A DNA stretch of 64,000 nucleotides from Nitrospirales bacterium (GTDB lineage Bacteria; Nitrospirota; Nitrospiria; Nitrospirales; UBA8639): NCBI GenBank assembly GCA_965203295.1, contig CBDBCZ010000015.1:224001-288000 (forward strand), given 5' to 3'. The notes under the pieces are model-generated. The model had not been told where the DNA came from, did not search any database, and saw only the letters and a program-made list of their open reading frames with translations. The position numbers were made by a program, and so were the translations under genes. This document shows positions 24,091 through 37,422 of this stretch, piece after piece; position 1 is the first letter of the stretch; each line of letters starts with the position of its first letter.

Positions 24091-24390
24091 TTGCCTTCCC
24101 TGGGAGAGTTTGTTGCGTTCACTCACACTGAATGGAGGAGCAGACCTCTCGTTGGGGAAGCGAAGGAGCTACTGCCAAAAACAGTGTGCATTCGCTGGTG
24201 GGAGGTGGCTACACAACCCCTCGGAAGGCATCAAACCGAAGACAGGGGAGACAGACGGTCCCATGGACTGAGGAAATTCCGAACGAGAGCATCATTCTTA
24301 ATTTCCAGTGGAAGATTAAGGATGGAAAAAGGACGCGCCTGCCACGAAAAATTAAGGAGAAACTCCAGGAACTTTATGGAAATTCATCAA
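24091..24390 (+). pseudogene. Orphan terminal exon of a probable transposon protein, frameshifted
   Basis: After an AG acceptor: LPSLGEFVAF..RPLVGEAKELLPKTVCIRWW/GGYTTPRK..VPWTEEIPNESIILNFQW..RLPRKIKEKLQELY, split over two overlapping ORFs. Confidence 0.45.
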
Positions 24391-24648
24391 TAGTGTATAA
24401 ATGTATTGTAACAATATTATTTCTTTATCTCTTTTACTCCATCTCTGAAAACTTGAAAGATATAGTGTGATTTCACACAATTGGCATAAACCTTTTGGAC
24501 ATAAGCAAACTTCTTGAATGATTTGAGTAAAACTACTCAATTATGAGAGCTATAAGTCTATTTGTTGATGAAAGCTTTAATTGTATTTAGAGCAAATACA
24601 CAACAATTTGTCATTTTGGAAATTCCACACCGAAATCGGAAGTGCTTT

Positions 24649-24853
24649 GTACACACTGCCAAGTTCAAGATAAGTGCTGCAGTTAGCAGTAACAATAGCA
24701 GCAATTAGCGATAAGCATGTGTGACTTTCCTGATAAGGAATATAAACGGAGCTGATCTGTTTGGCCTTCAGACACAAAACTTCAGTACAGACTGAGTCAG
24801 CCATCTCCTATGCCTATGCATTACATGCATAATTTGTCCTAATATCGCTAGGG
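24649..24853. repeat. Dispersed ~200-bp repeat (second copy at 32337-32509)
   Basis: Shared ACACTGCC.AGTTCAAGATAAGTGCTGCAGTTAGCAGTAACAATAG...CCTAATATCGCTAGGG. Confidence 0.8.
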
Positions 24854-25051
24854 TTGTAACATAGCCTTCCCACATAGATATTTTATGGTCATGAAAAAAA
24901 CTGGCAGTACAACACGACACTATCATGTAGCTGTAATTACTCTGTCACTGCAAGACCAGACAGAGATTTAGGCATACATATACGTACATAGTTTTGCCTG
25001 CTACATGATATTTTGTACAGATACTCACTCCATGGCTCTGCTGCAACCTGC

Positions 25052-25947
25052 CTTAAAGATGTTTTCCTTCACCACCTCCTGGCTGTCGTTGTGCACGGTA
25101 ACAAAGCCACTGAAATTTTCTCCCAGGTAGATCATCCTTGAACGGGGAGAGGGTAAGAAGGGTCAGCTTTCATAATCAGCAGCCAAAGGCAACTACATAT
25201 ACGTATATGCATATGCATGCACATGCTCCTGCAACTCACAGGCTGTAATCTCACAAATACGACAGTCAGCAATACTGCACTCACACATACAGGTACAAGT
25301 TGAATCTATTAGCTTAGCTCCAAGGCCTCCCTGGATAATGGGGTCATGGTAGATTTATTAGTACTACCTGTACATCACTGCAATATACATGTACGTACAA
25401 GTATGTACATGTAGATCGACAAATGTGACCTGCTGAGCAACAACCAGTACTTTCGAATAAGTCAATTTTATGATACGTAACTAACAGAAATGTGAGTCGT
25501 TTTACAGGTGGCATTGCTGCCATGACAATACATACTAATGTTAGTACATGTGTGTATTGCCACGCTATAACTAAACTAGCTTTAGACTTTCAGTATAACC
25601 GCATACAATAAGTAATCATAAATGGCTGCATATCACAATTGTACTTTACCATAAAGTTAGTGCCAATCATAGTAGAAATTAGTAGAGCAATTAACTATCA
25701 AGACCACAGCCTCTTTACTTCGTCAGCAATTAAGTCACTTAGCCTGCTAAAATTTAATAGATTGAATTTAAATGGCCTGTTTTCAGCCCCTGACATCTCA
25801 AAATTCCTTGCGTCAGAAAAACTGGAATGGGTTCATTATACAATGAGTATCGAATACATGTATACTGACTGTACTCACCCAGCATGTCCCATGGTTCTCC
25901 CAGCACTGGAACCGACGTCATTAGAGACGGCTTTGTCAGCCGCATAA
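25052..25947 (-). pseudogene. TRAPPC13: TRAPPC13 N-terminal gene fragment (exons 25947-25879 and 25136-25052)
   Basis: (V)MRLTKPSLMTSVPVLGEPWDML and MIYLGENFSGFVTVHNDSQEVVKENIFK match the recalled TRAPPC13 segments VMRLTKPTL.. and [23 protein letters not shown]. First, intervening and downstream exons were not found intact. Confidence 0.8.
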
Positions 25948-25958
25948 CTGTATGCAGT

Positions 25959-26370
<412 letters not shown>

Positions 26371-27149
26371 TGTGTGTGTGTCGCATGTGTATGTGTCACT
26401 CTGTGTATGCGGTACGGTGTTCTAGTTTCATCGAACAGTGGGGACAAAGCTGATCAGAGGTTTTGGGGGCCCAAGGTAAGCCTAATGATTTTGTTATGCC
26501 CACGTGTGTGCATGTATGTTATGATAGATAAAGACAGTCACATGTGTTTGCAGGGGGTGTTTTGGAGTGCACCATGTGTGCAGTGGATGCAGTTATCACA
26601 TTAATGCTTCTTTGTGCACACAGGTCTTTGCCTATACATATATGTTCTGTCTTTATCAGATTTGAGAGACATATTCAGTAAGCTAAGCCTGATTTTAGCA
26701 GCTGAGATAGTATTGCTGTAGTCAGAGCTACGTATCGTCAGATATACAGTAAGTTTAGTAGCATGGAAATTTAACTGCTTTGTAAGAGACGTGAATTTTA
26801 AAGCAGATTGAATTGGCCAGTAAAAACAAATGTCAGAAGTGATTCATGGTGTAAACACTCACAGCCAGCAGCTCTTTGGGACCAAACTTTGACTCCTCCT
26901 TATCTTCAGCTGCTTTCTTTTCTTCTTTCGCTCTGTAATGAGTCTGTAGGACAACAGGCAGACAGGCACACACGTTATCTAATAGGTAACTATTCTGGAA
27001 GTCCACACAAGTGGCCCACTACCACATGGAAACATCACTGTGGTCATGTACTTTGATTCTGCAAGAAACAACGCGAATGTAGCTAGGTCTACATAATATG
27101 TGAACTTAGTTACCGGAAATTACAAAAGTGATCGAGTGTCAGTGTAATA

Positions 27150-29010
27150 AATTGCCCTACTTGGTACCGTTTGATAGACATCTGTGTGATTTCTGTTGGT
27201 TGATCGACATGAAGACAGCACGTACATACCAAAACCTTCTCACAACACTGTGTAAGTGATTAAGTTTTTTTCCTTTCACCATCAGAATCTGTACATGTCT
27301 ATCCAATGAACCATTATTAACAAATTCAATCCCCAAGAAACTGTAACTTGCAACCCTTGGAATGTCTTTATCTCCCCACTTTCGTGTAAATGTACCTGTA
27401 TCAACCTCTTTGGAAAATACCATAACAGCATTCTCCTTTACAAAATTCCTGTACTACATTAATCAACGTTTGTAAGTCCTCAGTATTAGTAATTAAACCT
27501 ACAAAATCATCAGCAAACATTAGACCACCAACATATAACATCAGTCTTAATAGTTATGCCAATCCCAGCCTTTGTGATCACATCTAACAACTGATTGGAA
27601 AATACATGCAGGATAGGAGACATATTACAAACCCGTACCACCCGACCTATATTGAATGATTTGGATTTAATCCCTCCAGTAAAACAGCACTCTGTGCGAT
27701 GTCATACATAGTCTTAATAATTATCTCTTCACATCCTACCTCTATCACCAAGTTCCCGTAAGCTATTATGCCAAACTGCGTCAAATGCTTTCTGAACATC
27801 TAACAAGAAAGTGTGTGTTTTCCTTCCCTAATTGTGCCTTGTATGATTTCATTTCGAGATAAAATGATATCAAACCAACTCCGGATCCTTTTGAAACTCT
27901 CTAAATCCTGCCTGACCCTCATGAAGAGCCCTTTCTGATTCTAATCTGATTACTAAGCGGTTATTTAGAATCTTGCAAAACCTACCCCATTTAATAGTGC
28001 GCTACCTCTGTAATTACACGAGTCCTCAGCATCACCTTTTTTATACAAGTTAACAATTGACCCTTGTCTGCGGAATACTCTCCTCTGTCCAAACTACTTC
28101 ATATAAAAATTTCAACAGACTAGCCATTCTGATCCTGTGACTAGAGGCAAGTTCATTTCCTGATGCCCCAGTCCATGTAGCAATCACTCTTACACTACCG
28201 AGCATGGCTGCCGGTACTCCAGCACGCACCGTAGTCCCACCATCACGAGTGACACTGACTGATAGGTCGGGGATTGAAAGGGTGTAAGCAAGAACATTAG
28301 CTCTGACTTCCTGGCTCCCTTCGGACTACTAGTCACTTTGCCCTCTATTCCAGCTTATAGTATTCTCGATACCTCAAAGCCTCATCTACTATCTCCGTAA
28401 TCTTCAGTACCTCTACACAGTTTCACTTCCCACTCTTGACTCTATATACGTAACCACCACTTAAGTTTGCACCTATTCCTCCTGCCTTTCAAAGATTCTA
28501 CCCCTATATCTTCCTTTATTGTTTCATTGCATATTTAATTTAATTTTTAGAAGAGCAGCCAAGTATTTTTAGCTGCTCCTACGTAGCTGAATAGATTCTA
28601 AAGAAGCTGTCTCCATATTACAAGCCCACACTTCACTACCATACTCTAAAGTGGGGCAAAGTAACAAAATTAACACTCCAACTGTATTGATATTTCTAAG
28701 TTTTTTCTTTCCACTTTTAATTACCCTCTGTACATGACTGTATCATGACCATTATAGACAATTCAATGCCCAAGTAACAGTAACTTGTAACCCTTTTATC
28801 TCCCCACTTCCATGTACATGTACCTGAACTATTAACCTCTTTAGAAAAATTAATATCATAACAGCCTCATATTTAATGTTGGACTTCAACCTCGGTTTAT
28901 TACAAAATTCTTATACTATGTTTGTAAGTCCTCAGCAGTAGTAGTTACATTAGACCCCCACTCTTATTAACACCATTCTTAATAGTTATTCCAATCCCAG
29001 CTTTGTCTAA
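27150..29010 (-). mobile_element. Two decayed non-LTR (LINE) reverse-transcriptase fragments (about 27150-28130 and 28420-29010)
   Basis: GGLMFADDFVG (~27500-27530), FLLDVQKAFDAVW, EGQAGFR, YSFLGIEF; many stops and frameshifts. Confidence 0.85.
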
Positions 29011-29239
29011 TTGATGGACAAATAGAAGTCAATCCATACAGTTCTATATAAACACGTGTTTAGAACCCCAAGAACACTTTTTTAATTCTGCTAATCCCTC
29101 TATCTAAAACTTCTCCTTCTGCAAACTACATATTTCACTATACCCTTGTCACTTTCTTTTGCACGTATATGCTCTATTCAGCTCTCATTATCCTAAGATG
29201 CTGTACCCAACCTTTCATAACGCTCACCTAATACTACTA

Positions 29240-32200
29240 ATTGCAAATGAAAACGTAAAACTGTGGAATACTTATGGTGTCTGTTAATTTGGGTTCACTA
29301 AAGCAGTCTCACAAGCCAGCCCATGCACTTACACTCTGCAGCATGGATCACTTACAGTATTGGCATGTGGAAGAGACACTTCTGTGTGCTGATAGCCCGA
29401 TGCTGACACTCTTCCACATGCCATGCTGATACTGAAAGTGATCGATTAATTCTGTGACTACCACCAAAGATACCACATTCCCCAAGGAAAGTACAAATGT
29501 AGGGGACATTCAATCTACTTCCATAACAAGTTTACAGGAGGTAAGATGCAAATAGCCTTGTGTCAAAGTACCATCTGGTAAGTGTCCTACAAATACCTGT
29601 CCAATATTTCTTCTGATTTGACAACATGTTCACAAATGTAAGAGGGCCAATGTTCTGTAAGTGAACAAACATGCCACCATGGGTAGAGTAGAAAGAACTG
29701 AAACACTGACAGCTATTTCGGACTATTTGGGCTTGTCAGTGCAGTGATGGTGAGTGTAGACCACCTAGAGAGCTGACCAGCAACTCCCGGCTGACCAACA
29801 GCTATATACAGCTCTTATTTTGACTCACACCAGCCAAGCCTCCAGGAAATTAAAGCGGTCTAAGGTTCTACTGCAGTTTTAACTTATCTCTGGTGTCCCA
29901 ATCCTTCAATTACAATAGCAGAACTCCTCAAAACATGATTGATTTCCTAATCAACCCAAAACGTTAGCAACACCCCAACAGCCAGACACTGAAGGGAATA
30001 GGGTGAGGTAACTAATACCAAGCATGCCTAAGCCCACCTTCAAAGGGTACATAATACTGGACAGCATTGCTAATAGCAACACACTAACCAGCCTCGATTG
30101 TTCCCTCTTCAAAATTCAGGTTACCTGGGAACACCTGTGCATGGGCTGTGGGGCATGGGCAGGGTGATAACTTGCACCTACATTTGCACTGTTCTTGGGG
30201 CATGTGGTATCTTTGGGAACTTGCAATCCTAGAATCATAGGAACTAATCTGAATACCACCTTCATAGAAGCCTTGCTTGGTAGTTCATTATGAATCCGCA
30301 TACATAGAAGTAAACAATTAACACAAATCTCAACACCAATGAGCATTCAAACTTAAGGTTCTGCGATGTGCTAGTGAATACGTATGGTCACAGGAGGGTA
30401 TGTACATAATTATTACAAAGAGAAACTGAGCTAAACAAGTCTGCTGCCACATGATTACAGCTACATGCTAAGGGCTGCACAAACAAGAGCATATACGTAC
30501 AAAGAAAGTGACAAGGGTATAGTGAAATGTCTAGTTCACAGTTTTTGAATCAAACAGACGACTGGTCAAACGTACAATTTAATAACGCCCACACGATAGA
30601 TCTATGTGCGCATTTTAATAGATCAATAATTATATCATGCAAAGTTTATGAAAACAGGAGGGGCATCTTAACCCTAAATTAATTGGAACAGTAGCTACAC
30701 AATCATGCCACTCACATGCAAGTTTGATGTAGCTTCCTGACTGCAACAGATTGCATTTATGTCAGTACAGAAATTTGAAATAGCACTGACCTGCGTGGTA
30801 GAGGTTTGCAAAGCTCAAAACTTTATTGTGTAACAGATTGTAATGGGCAAAGAGTGTTTCTTATATGAAAGGCCTTGCAATTGAAAACGTACAACTGTAG
30901 AATATTCATAGAGTCTGGTTCACTAAAGTAGTTTCACAAGCCATCCCACTTACATTCTACAGCATGGATCACTTACAGTATTGGCATGTGGAAGAGACAT
31001 GTGCTGATAGCCTGATGCTGACACTCTTCCACATGCCATGCTGATACTGAAAGTAATCCGTTTGATTCTGTGACTACTACTGAAGTTACCACATGCCCTT
31101 AACGGAGACAAGAAAAGTACAAGTGTAGGCCAGTGCAAGTTGTCACCCCACCTCACCCATGCCCCACAGCCCATGCACAGGTGACACTCAATCTACTTCC
31201 ACAACAAATGTACACTTGTTTACACAACTGTGTGAACAAACAAATATAACTAGGAGTTAAGATGCAAAAAGCCTTGTGTCAAAGTACCATTTGGTAAGTG
31301 TTCTACAAATACCTGTTCAATCCTACTAATGCATTTCTTCTGATTTGAAAGCATGTCCACGTATGTAAGAGGGCCAATGCTCTGTAAGTATACAAACATT
31401 CTATCATAAGTAAAGTACAAAGAACTGAAACACTGACAGCTATTTGGGCTTTGTCAGTGTGGTGATGGTGTGTGTAGCACCTAGAGCTGACAAGCAGCTA
31501 CATACAGCTCTTAATTTGACTCACACCAGGTAAGCCTCCATGAACTAAAAGTGAACTAAGGTTCTACTGTAATTTAGCTTTTCTCTGGTCTCCTAATCCT
31601 CCAATTACAATAGAAAAACTACTGATAAACATGATTTGCTAAATCAACCCAAAAAGTTAGCAACACCCAACAGCCAGACACTGAAGCCAGACACACTAAT
31701 TTTTTTCCAGCCCAGTTGCCAGGGTAGGCTAAGGTTCCCCAGTGGTTTTTGATAATGACAAGATCATCATTGCACGACATGTCCAACTACCTCTGTGATT
31801 GCACAGCAACATGACTGTTTTCCAAGAGCGCATATATACTATTATATGCACTCATGCTGTTGACAGATATTGGTATTGTCATTACCACGGATCAGCAGCT
31901 GTTTGATAGAGATTCCTTAAGACCCAGTTACTCACTTATTGGTTCAATAAAGTGACACCTGTTAATTCCAAGTTTCAGCTAACTGTGAGTTATGATCCAG
32001 CATTGTTCTCAGCTGCTGGTCGACACTAGCTACCAGGAATCCAATACCTGATTCTGTGATAGTGTTTAGCCAACTACGTACATTGTATACTATTGCACCT
32101 ACGAACAAACTGGTGTGCTTTATTTTTACATTTCAAATTACCTACATAGACAGTTATGTGTATCCCTTATAGCTTCGAATCAAGGCTACGTATATCTCTT

Positions 32201-33245
32201 ACCTGTGCTCTCCCAGTTCCTTTACTTCATGTGCTATGATTCGTTCTTCCCAGCTCCCTGGGATATTGGGGGTATCGGCATATGCACTGGGAAGGAGTCA
32301 ATAGTTCCACCTGTACAATGTGAAGACACAGCTACTGTACACACTGCCTAGTTCAAGATAAGTGCTGCAGTTAGCAGTAACAATAGAGCAATGATAAACA
32401 TTTGTGACTTTCCTGATAAGGAATATAAACTGAGCTGATCTGCTTGGCTGAGTCAGCCATCTCCTATGCCTATGCATTACATGCATAACTTGTCCTAATA
32501 TCGCTAGGGTCAAAATAGCTTTCTGACCACATTCAATAGTGTAATGCCTCTAATTACCTGGTTCAATAGTGTAATGCCTCTAATTACCTGGGTCCTCACA
32601 TCACCTTTCTATAAAAGCTAATAATCAACCCTTGTCTCCGATGTTTGGAAATACTCTCCCTTATCCAAACTACCTCATATAAGACTACTAGGAGAATGCA
32701 GAGCATTTGTGGGGCGAGCGCAACTACAACATGTGCTTAGCATGTTTCTGCGCATGCACAATGCGACCGGTCGGTCGATGACATACATACAGGTCGGTCG
32801 ATGACATACATACAAACAGAGTTGGCATTGACCTCGCTAGTACTGGGCTCGCTGCGCTCGCCCCAATCAACAGATTAGCCATTCTTTTCTCCCCATACTT
32901 AAAAAACTCCCCAACTAGTCCATCATTACCTCCCGTTTTATTACTTTTAAGAACACTTTTTGAGCAATCAAACTTAAGGTTCTGTAATGTGCTAGTGAAT
33001 ATGTCACAAGAGGGTATGTACATAAATTTACAAAGAGAAACTGAGCTAAACAAGTCAAGTTGCCACATGATTACAGTTACGTACATGCTAAGAGCTGGAC
33101 AAACAAGAGCATATACCGTACAAAGAAAGTGACAAGGGTACAGTGAAATGTCTAGTTCGCAGTTTTTGAATCAAACAGACGACTGGTCAAGCGTACAATT
33201 TTAATAACTTTCACACGATAGATCTATGTGTGCATTTTAATACAT
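29240..33245. repeat. Local diverged duplications (about 29240-29995 vs 30880-31690; 30345-30625 vs 32965-33245)
   Basis: Long collinear shared blocks such as GCATGGATCACTTACAGTATTGGCATGTGGAAGAGAC and GAATCAAACAGACGACTGGTCAA. Confidence 0.8.
32684..32867 (-). mobile_element. Helentron/HINE-like short element inserted in a LINE remnant (LINE about 32560-32970)
   Basis: Minus strand starts ATTGGGGCGAGCGCAGCGAGCCC, has a GTAT microsatellite and subterminal IR CGCTCGCCCCA; the LINE sequence resumes on both sides. Confidence 0.6.
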
Positions 33246-33980
33246 GAGTATGTTGTTTAGTAATTATAAACCAACAAGTCACCCATAGAGGTGCTAAAGC
33301 AACTCTTTCACGCAGAAAGCAAATCGACTAGATCTACGCTAATCACGATCTCGCCTACTTCAGCAGACTCACTGATGACAGGGCAGCCAGAAAACGTGCT
33401 CAATCAGGATCCGGAACTGCTAGCAGAAAACACGCGTGGCCGAATATTGATCTCGTGCTACCACCAGGCGTTTGCCACTCCCTTTCCCCGGCCCCAACGG
33501 GGCAGGGCCCAGGCTCGCTAGTTGGGGCCCAGGCTCGCTAGTTGGTGCCGAGAAAGAGGAGTAGTTGAGGAAGGTGCAATTCATGTTTGATTTAAATCAG
33601 CACGGATTTGTGATTTAAAGAACTGCAGTCCAAAAAAAGCTTATTATGCAGTCCGAAAAAAGCTTACTATAGTATCTACGGTTGCGCTATCACACTAGCG
33701 CAACAGCGCAAACGTACTTGAAGTGGCATCCCGAGTAAGATGAACGAGGAGCTAACTTTTAGTGAATCTAATGGCGAAGCTGCACCTTTAAGTTTCTAGC
33801 TTAGCCGACCGAACATTGGTGGTGGCCGAACACTCGTGGCTTAGCTACTCTATTGCTCCTTTCTGCCCGAGACCTTTTCACTACATCATGAGACAGTATA
33901 CCTGTAGCTGTATTCCAATATATATAGACCGTATATATAAGGTGACGCTTGTGTTAGAATGTTTAGTAAGCTACGGCACC

Positions 33981-34047
33981 TAGCCTCGTTCCCAGGCCTC
34001 CGCACAGCTTTTGTCGCTTTTTTCGGGAGAGCCTGGGAACGAGGCTA
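33981..34047. mobile_element. 67-bp AcademH-like MITE, 9-bp TSD
   Basis: TAGCCTCGTTCCCAGGC..GCCTGGGAACGAGGCTA; TSD TACGGCACC. Confidence 0.85.
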
Positions 34048-34078
34048 TACGGCACCTGCATGGATGGAAGTATATATA

Positions 34079-34176
34079 GGTTATACCACGACCACAAAGA
34101 GGTTTAGCGGATATACACTGCGAGGGCGAAGCCCGAGTAGTGTATCGGCTAAACCTCTGAGTGGGAGTGGTAAACC
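34079..34176. repeat. Long imperfect palindrome with GCGAAGC apex
   Basis: AGAGGTTTAGC.GATATACACT-GCGAGGGCGAAGCCCGAGT-AGTGTATCGGCTAAACCTCT. Confidence 0.8.
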
Positions 34177-34745
34177 GGTTTGTACCACAGCAACTGAGTG
34201 TATGGCTGACCACAGGGAGTGTATGGCTGACTCAGCGTGGTGTATGGCTGACCACAAGGAGTGTATGAGTTTTTGACACCTAGTGTATGGCTGAGCTTGC
34301 AACTTTGGTCAGCAGGCCAGCTGTCTCCTGGGAAATACACTGCAGGCGGTGAACTATATGGCTGCTGTGGTACAAACAAGGTGCACAACGGGTGCTGACT
34401 CATTTGTCTGACGAACAATTGTTTTGTCCAATCATGCGCGAATTCGGGCGATAATTTTAATTAGCTATTGTGCCTGACGCTTGGATGATTGCATCTAAAG
34501 GCAAGGGTGCTAGCACCTTGATGTAAGTTACCATGCTCCTCCCCGCTTTGGTCGCCTTTTGTAGCCGGCATGCATGCGTCCGACTTAACCTGGTGTCCGA
34601 AACCTGATCACCCACCTACTCTAGTGCACGTGAACAGGATAACATGACATAGGACGCATGGTAGTACTACTAGCAATAATAATTATACAATACAATAAAA
34701 TGTATAACAGTATTGACTCTCGTCATATCCTTGCTCCTACAGTGT

Positions 34746-35106
34746 CAGGCCCGTCGGAAGCTCTCGAAGGGTGGAGCGGCCATCGGTCGTGATGTCAGAG
34801 GGCGCGCAGCGGCCGAGTGTGTCGCGCGAAGCGCGAAAAAAATTTGCGACTTATTTTTACGGCTGTCTTGCAGCATCTCGCTACATTGAGGGTCGTGCAC
34901 TAACATCACACAAAAAAACTCCATACAGGCCGAGATCCAGCATACAGCCAGCTCATAGTGTCGCGGCCCCGCCTCACGCGCACGATGCGCGCGAGTGGGG
35001 CGTGGCGCCGTGGCACGCGAAAGTTGAAGCGCCTACGAAAAAAAAAATTGGCATGAAAAGTGGGGCGGCCTGAGCCGCCTCTGCCGCCCCGCTTCCGACG
35101 GCCCTG
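34746..35106. mobile_element. GC-rich MITE with CAG..CTG ends
   Basis: TIR CAGG(C/G)CCGTCGGAAGC; 5-bp direct repeat AGTGT on both flanks. Confidence 0.75.
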
Positions 35107-35135
35107 AGTGTACATGTAGCACAATACAGGCTATA

Positions 35136-35727
35136 CCGTAGACTCGGGTTATCAGGCGCACTTCGTTAAGTAGCGCACATACGCTATCAGGCGCATGCTC
35201 GCTTCTTGGCCCAAAGCCGCAAAAACCTCGTTAAGAGGCGCACGTTCCAATTAAACGAAATATGGGGCGGAGCAACTGCACAAAAAATCGAACAGAGACT
35301 GCTAGCAGCTAGCTAAGTGAGAGGATAACTTTCTAGGGATCACTTTGCAACCGCCCAGTCATCAAGTTGCTAGCTAGCTAAGTCAAAGGCCTACAAAGGA
35401 AGCAAGCATGCACCGATCCTCCTTCGAGTTGATCGAGCACGCTCTCATCATGGATAATATTATCCATGCTCTCATCTCCGACCGCTCTTCGCCGATTTTC
35501 ATCTACGACCGCTCTCTGCCGAGTTACATCGCCGACCGCTTTGATAAGCTACGATTCCATTCGGTAGTCGCTAATCGGCTAGCTACCGTAACTTTGCCGC
35601 GATGACGTCATGAAAACTAGGCGTGGTCAACCTTTAACCCTCGCTATGTGGCACACTTCGTTATGTAGCGCATATATTTTTGCTATTGTCCCCACTAGCG
35701 CATGCGCTTGATAACCCGAGTCTACGG
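35136..35727. mobile_element. MITE with CCGTAGACTCGGGTTATCA TIRs (TA-type)
   Basis: ~25-bp TIRs, TA on the left; the right end is hit by the next insertion. Confidence 0.85.
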
Positions 35728-35728
35728 T

Positions 35729-35931
35729 TACGGTGGCCCAGAAGTACATTTTTTGCGTTTTCAAAACGCTTCTCAAATAGCACCACTTCGCTAATTTAGA
35801 TATACGGTATTTCGCTATTTAAAAGTATACGGTCTGCGTGTGCGGTCATCGACCGTATATCTAAATTAGCGAAGTGGTGCTATTTGAGAAGCGTTTTGAA
35901 AACGCAAAAAATGTACTTCTGGGCCACCGTA
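35729..35931. mobile_element. 203-bp MITE with 80-bp TIRs and 6-bp TSD (IS3EU-like TAC..GTA ends)
   Basis: Arms 35729-35808 and 35852-35931 look perfect by eye; TACGGT at 35723-28 and 35932-37. Confidence 0.85.
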
Positions 35932-35937
35932 TACGGT

Positions 35938-36538
35938 ATATGTTCCGCGCAAACCAGGAAGTCGCGCTATCTTAGGATTGCGCCGTGCAAAGTAGGAATC
36001 CGTACTTTGGCGCGCAATCCCAGGATTGCGCAGTTTTTCGCGCAAAGATGGAATAAGTTGCGCAAACCCTGCATTGCGCAAATTCGTTCGTACAAAGTTA
36101 GAATTTTGATATGAAGTGCATGAAGCGTCAAAGTATAGACAGCAAAAGGATAAACGAAGAGTCAAGTGCTCTAAAAGCAAAAACTACTGACAGTGGTTAT
36201 AAAACCAATCGTCAACATGATGTATTAAAACCATTGATAGTCAACATGTACAATCTATGTTAAAACCAACACATTCCTTTGTAATGAAACCATTTGTCAC
36301 AGCTATTACATTGTCAAATGATTCTGGCAATCTACAGTTTACAATAAAGACGGATGAATGAAACTGATGGCTTGCAAGCCGCAGAGACGCTGCATTACTG
36401 ATCGAGCGTGGCATTTTTATAGCTAGCTACATGTATTGAAGTGTCAATATCCCGGGATTGCGTGGCAAAAGTATGGATTCCTAGTTTGCATTGTGCAATT
36501 CTAGGATTGCGCAAATTCCTGGTTCGCGCGGAACATAT
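35938..36538. mobile_element. MITE with ATATGTTCCGCGC.AACCAGGAA TIRs
   Basis: ~70-bp imperfect TIRs with repeated GGATTGCGC motifs; no TSD seen. Confidence 0.8.
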
Positions 36539-37289
36539 GCACTACATGTAGTAGTCTCGCGAGACTAATACACTAGCTGAAGTTAAAGACATTATGTTTA
36601 AGTGATTGTTTGAATGTTTCTAGCCCTTTGTAATTGTTTCCGACAAGATAATATTATAGACACTACATTTTCATTATTTTTTTATTAAGCTTTATCAATG
36701 GGTTTGATTTTCGGGTACGTTTCTGCTCTGTGTTAGTATTTTGAATTCCATTTATATGCTAAATCGTGTTTGAATTTTGTGAGCATTTCTGCTTTTTGTA
36801 AGCGTTTCTGAAAGATATACGTTCGCTGCATTAATTTCAATACCTTTATAGGCTAAATCGCTGTCTTTCAATTTCTGAAAGTTTGTGCTCTTTGTTGGCG
36901 CTTGTGACAGGATATAAGTGCATTTCCAATACTTTTATATGCAAAATCATTGTGTCTGAATTTCGGGAGCGTTTCTGACAATACACCAGGATAGCCATGC
37001 TTCTACATGTATACTGCTTTAGTCTCTGTCAGTCTGGAGTTATAGTATTAAAGCCGTGTGTCTGTACTGCATTAGTCTCTAGCTGTGTTTGTGTACTGCA
37101 TTAGTCTCTGTTAATTAGACTGGAGATTTAATATTTAGCCATGTTTCTGTACCGCATTAGTCTACTCAGTTAGTCCGGAGTCTCAGTATTTAAGCCGTGT
37201 TACTGCACTGCTACATTAGCCTCTCCCTTTTTTTGGTTGCTTTTCAATTAAGGGATTTATCTCTACAGGTTCATTTACGGGTACTATAG

Positions 37290-37422
37290 GTTAGTGACCT
37301 CAGGCAGGTATCTTAGCTGTTTTAGAGACCTGAAGGATGCTACCTATAATCACCGAGGGTGAAGCCCAAGGTGATTATAGGAGCATCCTGAACAGCTAAG
37401 ATACCTGCCTGAGGTCACTAAC
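37290..37422. repeat. Palindrome with 32-bp perfect outer arms and CCGAGGGTGAAGCCCAAGG apex
   Basis: GTTAGTGACCTCAGGCAGGTATCTTAGCTGTT and its reverse complement at 37391-37422. Confidence 0.85.

Noticed and set aside
33290..33960. CpG-rich promoter or first exon of TRAPPC13
   Set aside because: A minus-strand donor exists near 33371, but no TRAPPC13-like N-terminus is encoded, so it cannot be assigned.
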